This document shows, in pieces, positions 14,001 through 24,600 of a stretch of DNA of 64,000 nucleotides (position 1 is the stretch's first letter; each line of letters opens with the position of its first letter). The stretch spans positions 62,001 through 126,000 of the forward strand of contig CDMY01000027.1 of the NCBI GenBank assembly GCA_001179505.1, given 5' to 3'. Position numbers and translations under genes: made by a program. The DNA is from Vitrella brassicaformis CCMP3155. Lineage: Eukaryota > Protista > Chromerida. The notes below the pieces were generated by a model. That model did no database searches and was not told where the DNA came from. It worked only from the letters and a program-made list of their open reading frames with translations.

Positions 14001-16999
14001 AGGTCGGTCCTGCTGTCAGAGACATAGCTGCCATCCCCGAGCAGACTCACGCTGCCCACAAGGGAGGGAGAAGTCGGGTCGAGGGTGTAAGCGTCCGAGT
14101 CAGCACCAGCCACTTGAACCAGCCCGCCCGAACAGGCCATCGTGCTGGGTGTGAGGAAGTACTGCTGCGACGCGGTGAGGTTGACGCCCAGCAGATGGAT
14201 GTCGTACTGGCCATAAATGCGGTTCAGTGACGGATAGCGCTGCATCGTAATCGGACCGGCCACGCCGATCCGGCCCACCTCCACAGTCAGTGAGTCCATC
14301 AAGAAGCAGATGCGATACTCACCAGGAACATGGCTTATCTGTGTGCAAAAGAGTGAGAGAGGGAATCATGCCCGTGAGACATTGATGATTTCCTCTTTGA
14401 CCCACCCCACCGACCATAACAGGCTCGAAAACGAGCGTGGTGAAGTTGTATGTGGGGGCTGCAGGGATGATAGTCACGTAATCGGAGTGCTGCATCGTGG
14501 GGTCGCACGTGTCGGCCGCTTCAATCAGCAGCACACGCATGTACTGGTCCATCTCTGTGCCCCGCAGCACCAGCTGGTCCGCCACATTCAGGTCGAAATA
14601 CACTCGCTGTGACAGAATCGGCCCTGCACCGTAGAAGATGCCTCCAACGTAATAGTCCTCGATCGACGAGCAGCTGCTGCTGCTGATGGCTTTAGTGCAC
14701 CAGCAGAGGAGGTAGGCGCCCCCGCCCGCCACAGTGATGCCCCAGAAAGTGGATTGTGTTTTCATTGGGCCGGATGGCGACGTGCCTTGTGACGATGTCA
14801 TGCTGCCCATGCCGCAGCGCGCCTTTCGCCCGAATACGATGTAGTACTCGTCATCCGTGGACATGTGGTAGCCATGGACAGTCACGCTGCCCGGACTGAC
14901 CAGTGACTGCTTCTGGAGCACCTGCAGCTCAGCACCTTGCTTGCGGAGGGTCACCCTTGACAGGACAAAGAAACGTGGAAGTGGAGAGGGTGTTTTGCCA
15001 TGCGTGGGAGCCCTTGGTGGCGTGCATACGTGCGGATGTATGTGTGAGGCCCGTCCGAGTGATGGTCGACAAAGAACAGCTTGTTGCCACCATCAGACAT
15101 GGACACCTATATGGATACATACACACACGCACGCACATGCTGGCAAGACGGGGGATTGTGCCTCCATCAATCCATTTATACTTTTGTACCCCTCGGATGC
15201 TCTTGGTGGGCAGCTGCAGCGATCCCCATGTGGTGGTCTGCCCACTGGTACTGTCCAGTATGGTCTCAATCTAAGAGACACAACGTCATGTGTCTCTATG
15301 ATTCGTGAATGCCCAATCACCCACCCACCGTAACGATGTCGCTAGGGCTGTCAGCCCAGTCTGCCCAGTCGACAGTGAACTTGATACGGTAGAGGTCGCC
15401 ATTCGTCTCATCCCCCACATACACATGGTAGTTGTTCTCATCGACCCGCCACACAGCCAGTCCCCCGATGGCGCCCCAAGGTGCGGCGGGAGACGTTGAC
15501 CCAGACACAACAGTCCTGACCGTGCCCTCACGGTACGACGGCACTGGGCGGGGCAGCACCACGACGGAAAGCACGGTCACAGGATCGCCTTGTGTGAAGA
15601 AGAGCATCTCCGTCTTGGCTTCCAGGGCAAGGTGTGTCGGGCTTGATAAAGTCAGAGGGCCGGAGCTGAGAGCGCCCTCGGATATGCCCGACGTTCCCGT
15701 GCCGACCAGCGTGGCAACTGCGTGGTCACTGCCACTGAGGTTGAGGGTGCGGATGCGGTGCGCGGATGTGTCGGCGACGTACAGCGTGTTGGTGAGGGGG
15801 TGCATGGCGAGGCCTGCCGGTGACTGGTACCGAACTGTGTCTATGTCGCCGTCCTGCATGCCGGAATCTCCGCAGCTGCCCGAGACATTGTGTGTGGCGG
15901 TCATATTGTTGATAAGGCTGAGACCGACGATGCACCCTTCCGTCGATATGTACAGCGTGTCCTCATCGACAGAGAGTGCCGCTCCGAACGAAGACACCAG
16001 CGATGCATCGAGGCCGGGCACGAAGAGGTCACTATTGGATAGCGAGTCGTTGAATGGCAGCGGCTGCGATGTGCCGCCCCCTGCTATCCTGCTCGCAGAC
16101 CCCTGAAAGAAAAACAACACGAAATGCATGCAGACTGGTGTCCTGTCTCCTTTCCCTGTGTGTCTTACTGTGTCCATATCGACGGCATACATCTCCGCCG
16201 ATGCCACCAAATACACAGTGTCTTCGGCACACAGTGCACTCACGGCCATCTGCCCGCCAACAATGCCCTCGAGAGGCCCCACATTCTCCACGGTCGCATA
16301 GTGGACGTGCAGGAGCCCCAACTCATCCGGATTGCTGTCGTCGCTGCCGTAGTAGTAGCACATCTTGTATGTGCCAACTTCTAGTGGCCGCACAAACTTG
16401 AAGCTGCTCTCTGTCCTGTCGACCGACCTTTCGCCCTGATCGTTGTACGACAGGACCGATGAGGGGCTGAATGAGCCCGCGCAGCCGTCGCCCTGGTCAA
16501 TGAGTTTCATTCTCCCGGATGCCGCCAGCCGTTCGCCAGTGATGGTCAGAGTGCCGGTATCGTCGCCCTCGGGCACATAAGGCAGGTACATGTCCTGCTT
16601 GGTCGGCCCGTCCACAGAGAGCACGCCAATGTCCAGAGAATAGTCGGCATTGCCGCTCGGCGACCCCTCACTCCAGCACACTTTGGCGATCACCGGGTTG
16701 TTCAGTTCGGCAGTAAAGGTCATCTCCGATAGCGAAGCTGTGTTCGCGGCCCTCGGCTCGACAGTCACGTAGTCACTGAGAGTGACTGTCTCGGTGGCGC
16801 TACCACACGGCGACGTGTTGTTGACGATGCGGATCCTGCTGGCGGCGTCGAGATTCTGCCCGTTCACGATTATGTCGAGGGACAGCCGCGGCCTGAGGGT
16901 CCATGTTTGTGACGTGTCGGGTTGGCCGTGCGCCAGCGGGAGTGAGAAAGCAATGAAGAATAACACCACTGTCAGCAGCTGGCGGTGGCTGCGCATCAT
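2019..16999 (-). CDS. Giant polycystin-1/adhesion-receptor-like membrane protein (signal peptide, Ig-like Cys modules, NHL repeats, Myxococcus-type Cys-rich repeats, REJ, GAIN/GPS, ~6-7 TM, coiled-coil tail); many exons
   Basis: Chain of long minus-strand ORFs linked by GT-AG introns. N-terminal signal peptide MMRSHRQLLTVVLFFIAFSLPLAHG. NHL repeat SPAGLAMHPLTNTLYVADTSAHRIR. CDDNNKKSGDGCNSQCQIE repeats. REJ-like VVTCSPSNGTQLLTEFTLTQSGWQDDDTPLHYRF. GPS WTDEGC...CLCTHLTSF at 5588-5677. Hydrophobic segments at about 5380-5480, 5100-5160, 3960-4030, 3700-3770 and 3340-3560. Stop TGA at 2019-2021. Confidence 0.85.
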
Positions 17000-17465
17000 G
17001 AGGAGTAGTGGAAGGCGGCGGCAAACGCTTCGCTTGTGACGTCCGACGTCCAGTCGTGGTTTCTGTCTCAGCCCTCCTCGATGGCCAAGTCAGTGGACGA
17101 TTCCCTAACGCAGAGAATCAGAGATGCCGTATTGATGATGATTCCGCATCCTCGTGGACGGGGGGCTTCTGGGGGCGTGATCCAACACACGCAACAAAAT
17201 CTGTTAGAGCACGAAAGAAGCGTTAAACTGCTCTCCCACGTAGTATTGGCGTGTTTTTGACGCTCTCAGTAACTGCTATTCCCACGTAGAATCGGTGTTG
17301 ACAGCGCTCATCGCGATGGGTACGGCGGCAGCTGGCACAAGTACATGGGAATACCCCCTCCACTTGCCCTCCACGCATACGCACAGGCTGCTTTGCTCCC
17401 TCCGTGTGTGCCTGCAGATCTCCTGACGTAGTGCGCATTGCTCGCTGACAGCGCAGTGTGACGGC

Positions 17466-18569
17466 ATGCAGCCCACTAGTGCAATGGCCTGCTCTGAGCC
17501 CACGGCTGCCCATCCGGCGGTCCCCTCTCTGCTCGGCATGACCATCAGCAAGGCATCCCGCATGGCCGCGTCAGACGATGCCGACACACGAGCCGCACTC
17601 GGCGCTCGCATCGGTGCACTGTCTCAGGCGGAGAGGAGCACCGTGCTGGGACTGGTGCAGGGCCGCATAGAGGAGGCCATGACTCGGCTGCAGCTGCACG
17701 ACGTTGTGGACTCCGATACGGATAGTCTGGAGGGTGCGCTGAAGGCCGTCTTCGTGCTGGAGCAGGGCGGCGAGGAGTGGCGGGTCATGGGGCGCTTCAT
17801 CCGGATGGCCGCCAACTACCGGCTGACACCCAATGCAGCCCTGCCCCTACACCTGCCGGCTGCATCCCTCCCCACCGCAGCGGCCTTCCGCAAGCTGCCC
17901 CGCGCCATGGCCGTCTACACGGCCTTTGGCAATCGGCTCACACACACAGGGACGAGACTGGGGCTGCAGGCCGCCAACGGCAGCTACCGGATCGGCACTC
18001 AGTCGTTCCATGTGGTGCCGCACGGTGACCTGCCTCATGGCCATCGCTACGCTGGGGGATACAAGGAGGCTGACCCAGCCATCCGGCAGGGCAATGACCT
18101 CTTCCCTGCCTTCTCGGCGTTCCTGCACGAGACCCTGCTCTTCGGGTGGTGTCGTCAAGCGGGGGCGCGCCAGAGGATAGCGGTCGACTACGTGCCGGTG
18201 GGCGACGCGGACCGTAGCCGTCGCCTTGGCCCTCTCAAGACCGAGCATATCGACGAGGACACGGCCATCGCTGTCGATTCTTGCATAGGCGGGGGAGATC
18301 TGACGGCTGCTGCTGATGGCAGGCAGAATCGCCTGGTGATCGTGAGCGGCTTCCGGCCCGGCGAGACCGCCGCTGCTCATGTGTGGTTGCGGCCGAATAT
18401 CATGACGGAGCTGTACACGACTGAGACGCCTGTCGGCGGCCGGTCGCAGCCGCTCGACGACCTGCCCAAATCGATGCCTGCCTTCCGCCGTCTGCTGCGG
18501 CGGTTCGGGGGCCTCGAGGATGACCTCATCGACAACCTCAGTCACGGCAGGGTGAGGCTCGACGGGTGA
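17466..18569 (+). CDS. Intronless hypothetical protein (367 aa from the first ATG; alternative start ATG 17562)
   Basis: Long uninterrupted GC-rich ORF with coding-like codon usage and no microsatellites. No recognisable Pfam domain. From memory it resembles an expanded Vitrella-specific family (unverified). Confidence 0.7.
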   Translation: MQPTSAMACSEPTAAHPAVPSLLGMTISKASRMAASDDADTRAALGARIGALSQAERSTVLGLVQGRIEEAMTRLQLHDVVDSDTDSLEGALKAVFVLEQGGEEWRVMGRFIRMAANYRLTPNAALPLHLPAASLPTAAAFRKLPRAMAVYTAFGNRLTHTGTRLGLQAANGSYRIGTQSFHVVPHGDLPHGHRYAGGYKEADPAIRQGNDLFPAFSAFLHETLLFGWCRQAGARQRIAVDYVPVGDADRSRRLGPLKTEHIDEDTAIAVDSCIGGGDLTAAADGRQNRLVIVSGFRPGETAAAHVWLRPNIMTELYTTETPVGGRSQPLDDLPKSMPAFRRLLRRFGGLEDDLIDNLSHGRVRLDG

Positions 18570-18619
18570 GGTGACGGGCGCGGGCAGTGCAGGGAGTTAA
18601 CTGTAGATAGATGGGGGGG

Positions 18620-18919
18620 NNNNNNNNNNNNNNNNNNNNNNNNNNNNNNNNNNNNNNNNNNNNNNNNNNNNNNNNNNNNNNNNNNNNNNNNNNNNNNNNN
18701 NNNNNNNNNNNNNNNNNNNNNNNNNNNNNNNNNNNNNNNNNNNNNNNNNNNNNNNNNNNNNNNNNNNNNNNNNNNNNNNNNNNNNNNNNNNNNNNNNNNN
18801 NNNNNNNNNNNNNNNNNNNNNNNNNNNNNNNNNNNNNNNNNNNNNNNNNNNNNNNNNNNNNNNNNNNNNNNNNNNNNNNNNNNNNNNNNNNNNNNNNNNN
18901 NNNNNNNNNNNNNNNNNNN
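18620..18919. other. Assembly gap (300 N)
   Basis: Run of n. Confidence 1.
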
Positions 18920-19277
18920 ATCTCTTTAGCGGCTGGCGGGTGCGTGTAATGAGTAGGGGGCGGGAAGAGGCCTGTGCAGCTTTGTTTGTTCTGCTCGTGC
19001 CCATGTGTATTTCGATGGATGTGGTGCGTGCGAGTGACTGTCTGCCTGCCTGTCTGTCTGTCTGGATGGATGGATGTGTGTATGAGTGACGAGGAGAGAC
19101 CTGTCTCAGAAAGAGGAAACAGCTTCAGTGCAAGGGATGCGTGTGTGTGACACGACCTGACGGACTTGATGCATCCTCGCTGGCAGCCCAAATGTCAACA
19201 CACACAGCCTCTCACAAAATGTACACTCACTCCACGCGTCACTCCACACGTCCTCAGACAGATGGCATGGTCTCACC

Positions 19278-20239
19278 TCATAGAGACGGGACGCTCACAC
19301 GCACATACTCCTCGCCCGCATGGTGGCTATCATACATCCGCCCCAGCTCATCGGCCGTGTAGGCGGTCCTGGCACGCATCACGGGATTGGCAATCGCCTC
19401 CTCCCTCCCCTGCCGCTCAGCCAATCGCCGAATGGCCTTCTGCCACGCGTGGCCCAGCACCTCTATCTTACGGAGGCGACATAGCTTGACGTAGAGCATC
19501 TCGGCCTCGTCTTTGCCCCACCCCTGGCCGGCGTAGGTGTCGATGAACTTGCTCTTGGCCGGGAGGATCCCTCTGCGCCTCTGCATGACCCGCAGTATGT
19601 CGTCGGCCGACATCTGCCGCACCGCCTCGCTCGTCGCATCCACCTCAGTGTCCATGGCCGATATCTCCCCAAGCAGCTCATCTCTCTTGTCGTCGAGAAA
19701 CCTCTTCCCTGACGCATGGCATGGACGGTCGGATGGATAACAGACAGACCCACAGGGGTGCCGGTCGGTGTTGGTGCGTGTGAGTGGTGGGGTGTACGTT
19801 TGTGTGCGTCTTCGAGAGAGGGGACGCCTGATGGCGTGGTCAAGAGGGGCCGCATCTCATCCTCGCGCGACAGAGGCTTGCCGAACCGAAGGTTGCTGCC
19901 ATGGTATCGCACACCCACACAGCAATTCATGACGACTAAGCCTCCCTCATCCACCCCCAGCCACCCGTCCGGACATCTGCCTTTCCCTTGTGCTTACTGT
20001 CTGAGGGCATATCTGGCGACCTGTGTGCAGTACTTGATGAAGTGCCACCGTGCGTAGTACTTGGTCTCAATGCGCATCCGCACCCGGTACCACGTGGGCT
20101 TCTCGTAGTTCTGGCTCAGCAGCATGAACTTGTGCACGTTGTTGACCTTGCCGTCGCGGAAGATCTCCCTGTACGCCGCCATCACGGGCTTGCGCGGCGT
20201 CACGTGCCGAACAAACACGGCCCGCGACTGACGCGGCAT
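19278..20239 (-). CDS. Hypothetical basic protein, at least 3 exons; 3' end uncertain
   Basis: ATG 20239 gives MPRQSRAVFVRHVTPRKPVMAAYREIFRDGKVNNVHKF..., with a donor GTAAGC near 19997. A later exon reads KRFLDDKRDELLGEISAMDTEVD...KIEVLGHAWQKAIRRL. It may splice again at GA|GTATGT near 19305. Confidence 0.6.
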
Positions 20240-20508
20240 CCGACAGGATAATGACAGCTGCATCTTCTTCAGCTGTCAGGAGATCCCATTCGCAGTCGAT
20301 GAAACGGCACTCCTCTTTGTGGAGTGCGGCCAAACTCAGATTCGACTCTTCAACAGCACCACTTGAGGGAAAGGATGGTTTCAAGCTCGCAAGTGTTGGG
20401 CAAAAAAAAAAGGGAAAGCGGCGGGGTGTACTGCAGCGCTGTGGCTGTGGGATGCAGTTGGTATGACGATCTATACGTGTGTGGTGTCGGCGTGAGAGGG
20501 GCATCGTC

Positions 20509-21305
20509 ATGGGAAAGCGCAAGAGCCGTAAGATAGCGCAGGCCAAGGCCAAGCCCAAGCTGGACACACAGTTCGACTGCCCATTCTGCAACCACCACAA
20601 GGTCATCGAAGTCAGAATGTGAGCGACAGATGACGTGACGCACACACAGACAGACAGAAGACACAGAGGGAAGGAAGGCGGACAGGGAGGGAGGGAAGGC
20701 TCATGTGACATCAGGCACCGCTCTGTGTCTGTGTGCATCTGTCTGTCTTTCTGGCTGGCTGTTTGTCTGCCTCTGTGTGTGTGTGTGTCTGCGTGTGTGT
20801 GTAGAGATCGCAAGAAGGAGCTCGGCACGCTTCACTGCCGCATATGCACCGCCCACTTCGAAATGCGCATCAACCGTAACCCTCCGACACAACACACAAC
20901 ACCACACGTCCACAAACACTCCTCCCAGCATTCCCCTGTTCGTTTGTCTGTGTGTGTGTGTGGCTATCTATCAATCTCTCAGCTCTTCACGAGGGCGTGG
21001 ACGTGTTCAGCGAGTGGATAGACCGCTGCCACGAGTCCAACCAGCCCACACGCGAGGACGACCGTGACCGTCCGCAGCAGAGGGACAGGGACAGGGACAG
21101 AGATCGGGACAGGGACAGGGATAGGGCGAGGGCTGCTGATGCATACGACAATGAGAATGAGAATGATGAGTACGAGGAGGACGAGCCTGAGCGTCCGCGC
21201 GACAAGCCCCGCAATCGGCTGCGGCGGCCGGAGAACCATGACGATGAGGATGAGCACGAGCAGGACGCTGGACACGGCCTGGGGCTCGATGACGATGATG
21301 AATGA
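20509..21305 (+). CDS. ELF1: Transcription elongation factor Elf1 (zinc ribbon) with RD-repeat/acidic tail; 3 exons
   Basis: MGKRKSRK...KLDTQFDCPFCNHHKVIEV | DRKKELGTLHCRICTAHFEMRIN | LHEGVDVFSEWIDRC. Four Zn-ligand Cys (CPFC, CRIC). Introns 20619-20804 and about 20876-20982. Confidence 0.95.
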
Positions 21306-21688
21306 CTGGCTGAGTGACTGACATGACAGGGGAGGGAGAGAGGGAGGGGGCAACACACATATCTGTGTAGCTGCCTCCCTGGTCTATGCGGGCGTGGTGT
21401 TTGTAAGGAGCCAGGATACATGAGTGCCTCTTCGATTGTGAGCGAGGCGGGCTGTCTGAGGTGAGGCATGTGCTGAGCGTCTGGGTCGGTTTCTGCGTGT
21501 GTCAAACAGGGTGACATGTTCAGCGCTCGTGTGCAGCGCTTGAGTACTATTTGTCAATATTAATTGATGTGTACGTGTGTGATATCCTGGGCCCCGATGC
21601 TGAATCCTCCTTCGCATTGCGACGAGTCCCCTTTGCGTTGACTGCGCGCTAGACCCGTGCAGATCTATCTCCCCTTTTGGCGAGGCGA

Positions 21689-24600
21689 ATGAACGTTTTT
21701 CCGGCTTTCCCGCCTTCGCTCCTGCTGCCCACCACCCCGCTATGGACCATCGTCTCATTGCCCCTTTGCTGCCTCGCCCTCCTCTTCTATCACACATGGG
21801 GAGTTTTGCGCCGCTCGAGGCATGCAGAGGACGACGAGTGGGGCTTTGACGTCTACCCTGACACTTCCGATGCATGCCAGCCGCCGCAGCAGCGGAAGAG
21901 CAGGCGCGTTGTGGTTGTGGGTGGCGGCATCACGGGGCTGAGTGCGGCGTGGGATCTGGCGGAGAAGGGCGTCCATGAGGTGGTGGTGGTGGAGAGGGAG
22001 GGGCATCTGGGCGGCCACGCCAAGACGCTGCATGTGGAGGGGTACCCGCCCATCGACATGGGCTTCCAGATCTGCAACCCACGGCACTACCCACGCCTCT
22101 ACCGATGGATGCAGAAACTCTCTCTCGGTCAGTCAGTCAGTCAGTCAGCTAAGCCAGCAGGGAGCAGACACGCCATGCCATCTCTGCCATGTGTGTGTGT
22201 GTGTGTGTGTGTGTGTTGTGATGGTCATCGACGAATGCAGGTGCGTTCAGCCCCAGCATTTGGCCGGATGAGCACCCGAGGCAGCATGGTGACATAGCGC
22301 TGCGGCCCACCAACAATTCGTTCACATGTGCGTCGTGTGACGAGCCGACGGGTTGGTCGTCTGACAATCCGCCGGTGTGGCGGCTGCGGTTCTGGCGCAT
22401 GTTCTGGGACATACTCAAATACAACAGACGGTGGGGCGATCCATGGGAGATGGACGGACGGGGGCCCCCTGTGTGTCTGTGTGTGTCGTGCAGGGCTGAC
22501 AAGCTGCTGCGTGATGCTGAGGCGGAGGACTGTTCGGTCAGCGAGTGGCTCAAGGCACAAGATTTTGGAGAGGCCTTTATCAAGGTGCACACCCACACAC
22601 ACACGGCAAATCACCCACAGCCATGCCATAGGTGTTATCGCGTGCTGTCGTTCACCCACCGTTGTAGGATTACTGGCTGCCGATGGCTGCCGCCCTGTGG
22701 TCGTGCACAGAGGGCGACGTGGGCAAGATCAGCGTGAGGCGGCTGCTGCGGTTCTTCAAGCAGCACGACCACAACAAGGTCTTCTGCAGGCAGACGTGGT
22801 ACACCATCAAGGGCGGATCGTCCAACTACATACACGTGAGCGGTCGACCACATATATGGGACACAAGCCATCCATCCATCGCTCATCTCATTTATGTGTC
22901 TGTCAGGCCTTCAAGCGGCGGTTTGCCGACATATGTCCGCGAGGGCAGCTGGTGACCAACGCTGACGTGGAGAGGGTTCAGAGGGCAGCTGACGGCACTT
23001 GGGAGGTAGGCATGCATATGCACGCATAGCGTGGATCAATGGATTAAAGGCCGTCAAGTGGAAGCGTTGTGCGTTGTGTGTGCTGTGTGCTGCATCCTAG
23101 GTCTACTATTGCGATAGTGGCGGGAGCGAAGAGAAGGTGCGATGGATGGACAGACACACGTGGACGAACGGATGTGTGGGTGGTTGGGGCTGTAGGTGGC
23201 GTGTGATGCAGTGGTGTTCGCCACGCACGCGCCGACGACACTGAAGCTGCTGGGAGATGCCGCCACTGACGAGCAGCGACGAGTGCTGTCACAATTCCGA
23301 TACTATGAGTGCAAAGTGTACATCCACACAGACCCGTAAGCACACACACACACACACACAGAGAGAGAAAGAAGAGAGAGAGAGTGCAAAGTGTACATCC
23401 ACACAGACCCGTAAGCACACACACACACACAGAGAGAGAGAGAAAGACAAGAAGGTCACACACACACGCCACACTGTGTCCCTTCCTGGCTATCATTCAT
23501 CAGGTCTTACATGGCGTTGGATCGGCGCAACTGGGGCAGCTGGAACGCCGTGCACAACAGCAGAGGGCAGCAGTGGTGCACCTACTGGCTCAACTCACTC
23601 CAGTTCCCCCACTTCGCCAAGGACGTCTTCGCCACGGTCGTCCCCTCACACATGACCCCTGACGTCTTCCCGCCACCGCCCCGAGACACGTGGTTGTGCG
23701 AGCCGCAGAGCTGGGAGCACCCGTGCATCGACGTCGAGTCAGAGAAAGGCAGACAGACGTGAGTGAGAAGGGGGCGGGCGACACGCGCTCCTCCATTTCT
23801 CCAGGAGAGAGACTGCGATGGTGTGTTGGTGTGCAGGCTGTTTTCCCTGGATGTGCAGCGGCCCGATCGAGGCATCGTCTTTGCCGGTATGTATGCGTCT
23901 CTGATATCGATGTGGTCAATCAGACGCTCCTTCGTCCACCTGTCTGTCTGTCTGTCTGTGTGTGGGTGTTGTGTTTCTGCAGGTGCGTACGGCGGTTCTG
24001 GGTTCCACGAGGACGGCTTTCGTGAGGGCCGCAAGGTGGCGAGACTCCTCATGCAGCAGTGGGCAAGGGAGAGCTGCACAGCCGAAGGTCACCGTCATGA
24101 AGGTGCTCAGATCTGCTGGCCGGCACCTGTGGCAATGGAGGTATGTCCACATGGGGAAGGAAGAATGGCCACAAAGTACGGCGCACTGATGTGTGTGATA
24201 TGTCTATGTTATCGATCAGAGGTTCCCTGGTGGGTCGCCCGTTGTCCGCGAGGAGTTTCTGTGGGAGCGGCTCGCGAGAACCATACTCACACAGGCACTG
24301 CAGAAACTAGGCAAGCGACGATTCATCCATCCATCCATCCATCCATCTCATCCTTTTCCTGGCCCTCTGTGTGCAGCTGACCACGTCGGCCGGCCCATCC
24401 GTCTCCACTGCGCCTACCCCCCATGGCGCACCTACCACATGCAGCCTACGGCAATGCCGAAGTCGTCATCCCGCCACCCCACAGCCCCCACAGAGGCAGA
24501 GACGCCCCCCACCTCTCCCGGCACACCCAGAAAGGCACATGGCCGCGATGAGAATGACAGTGCACAGCAGCAGCAGCAGCAGCAGGGGCGGCCAATGGTA

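Noticed and set aside
17847-18545. Long antisense ORFs (also 1984-2499, 4605-5234, 6425-6964, 15432-16106, 46898-47380)
   Set aside because: These are shadows of GC-rich coding sequence on the other strand and have no motifs of their own.
18538-19191. ORFs containing long X runs (also 45405-46112)
   Set aside because: They span N gaps and are artefacts.
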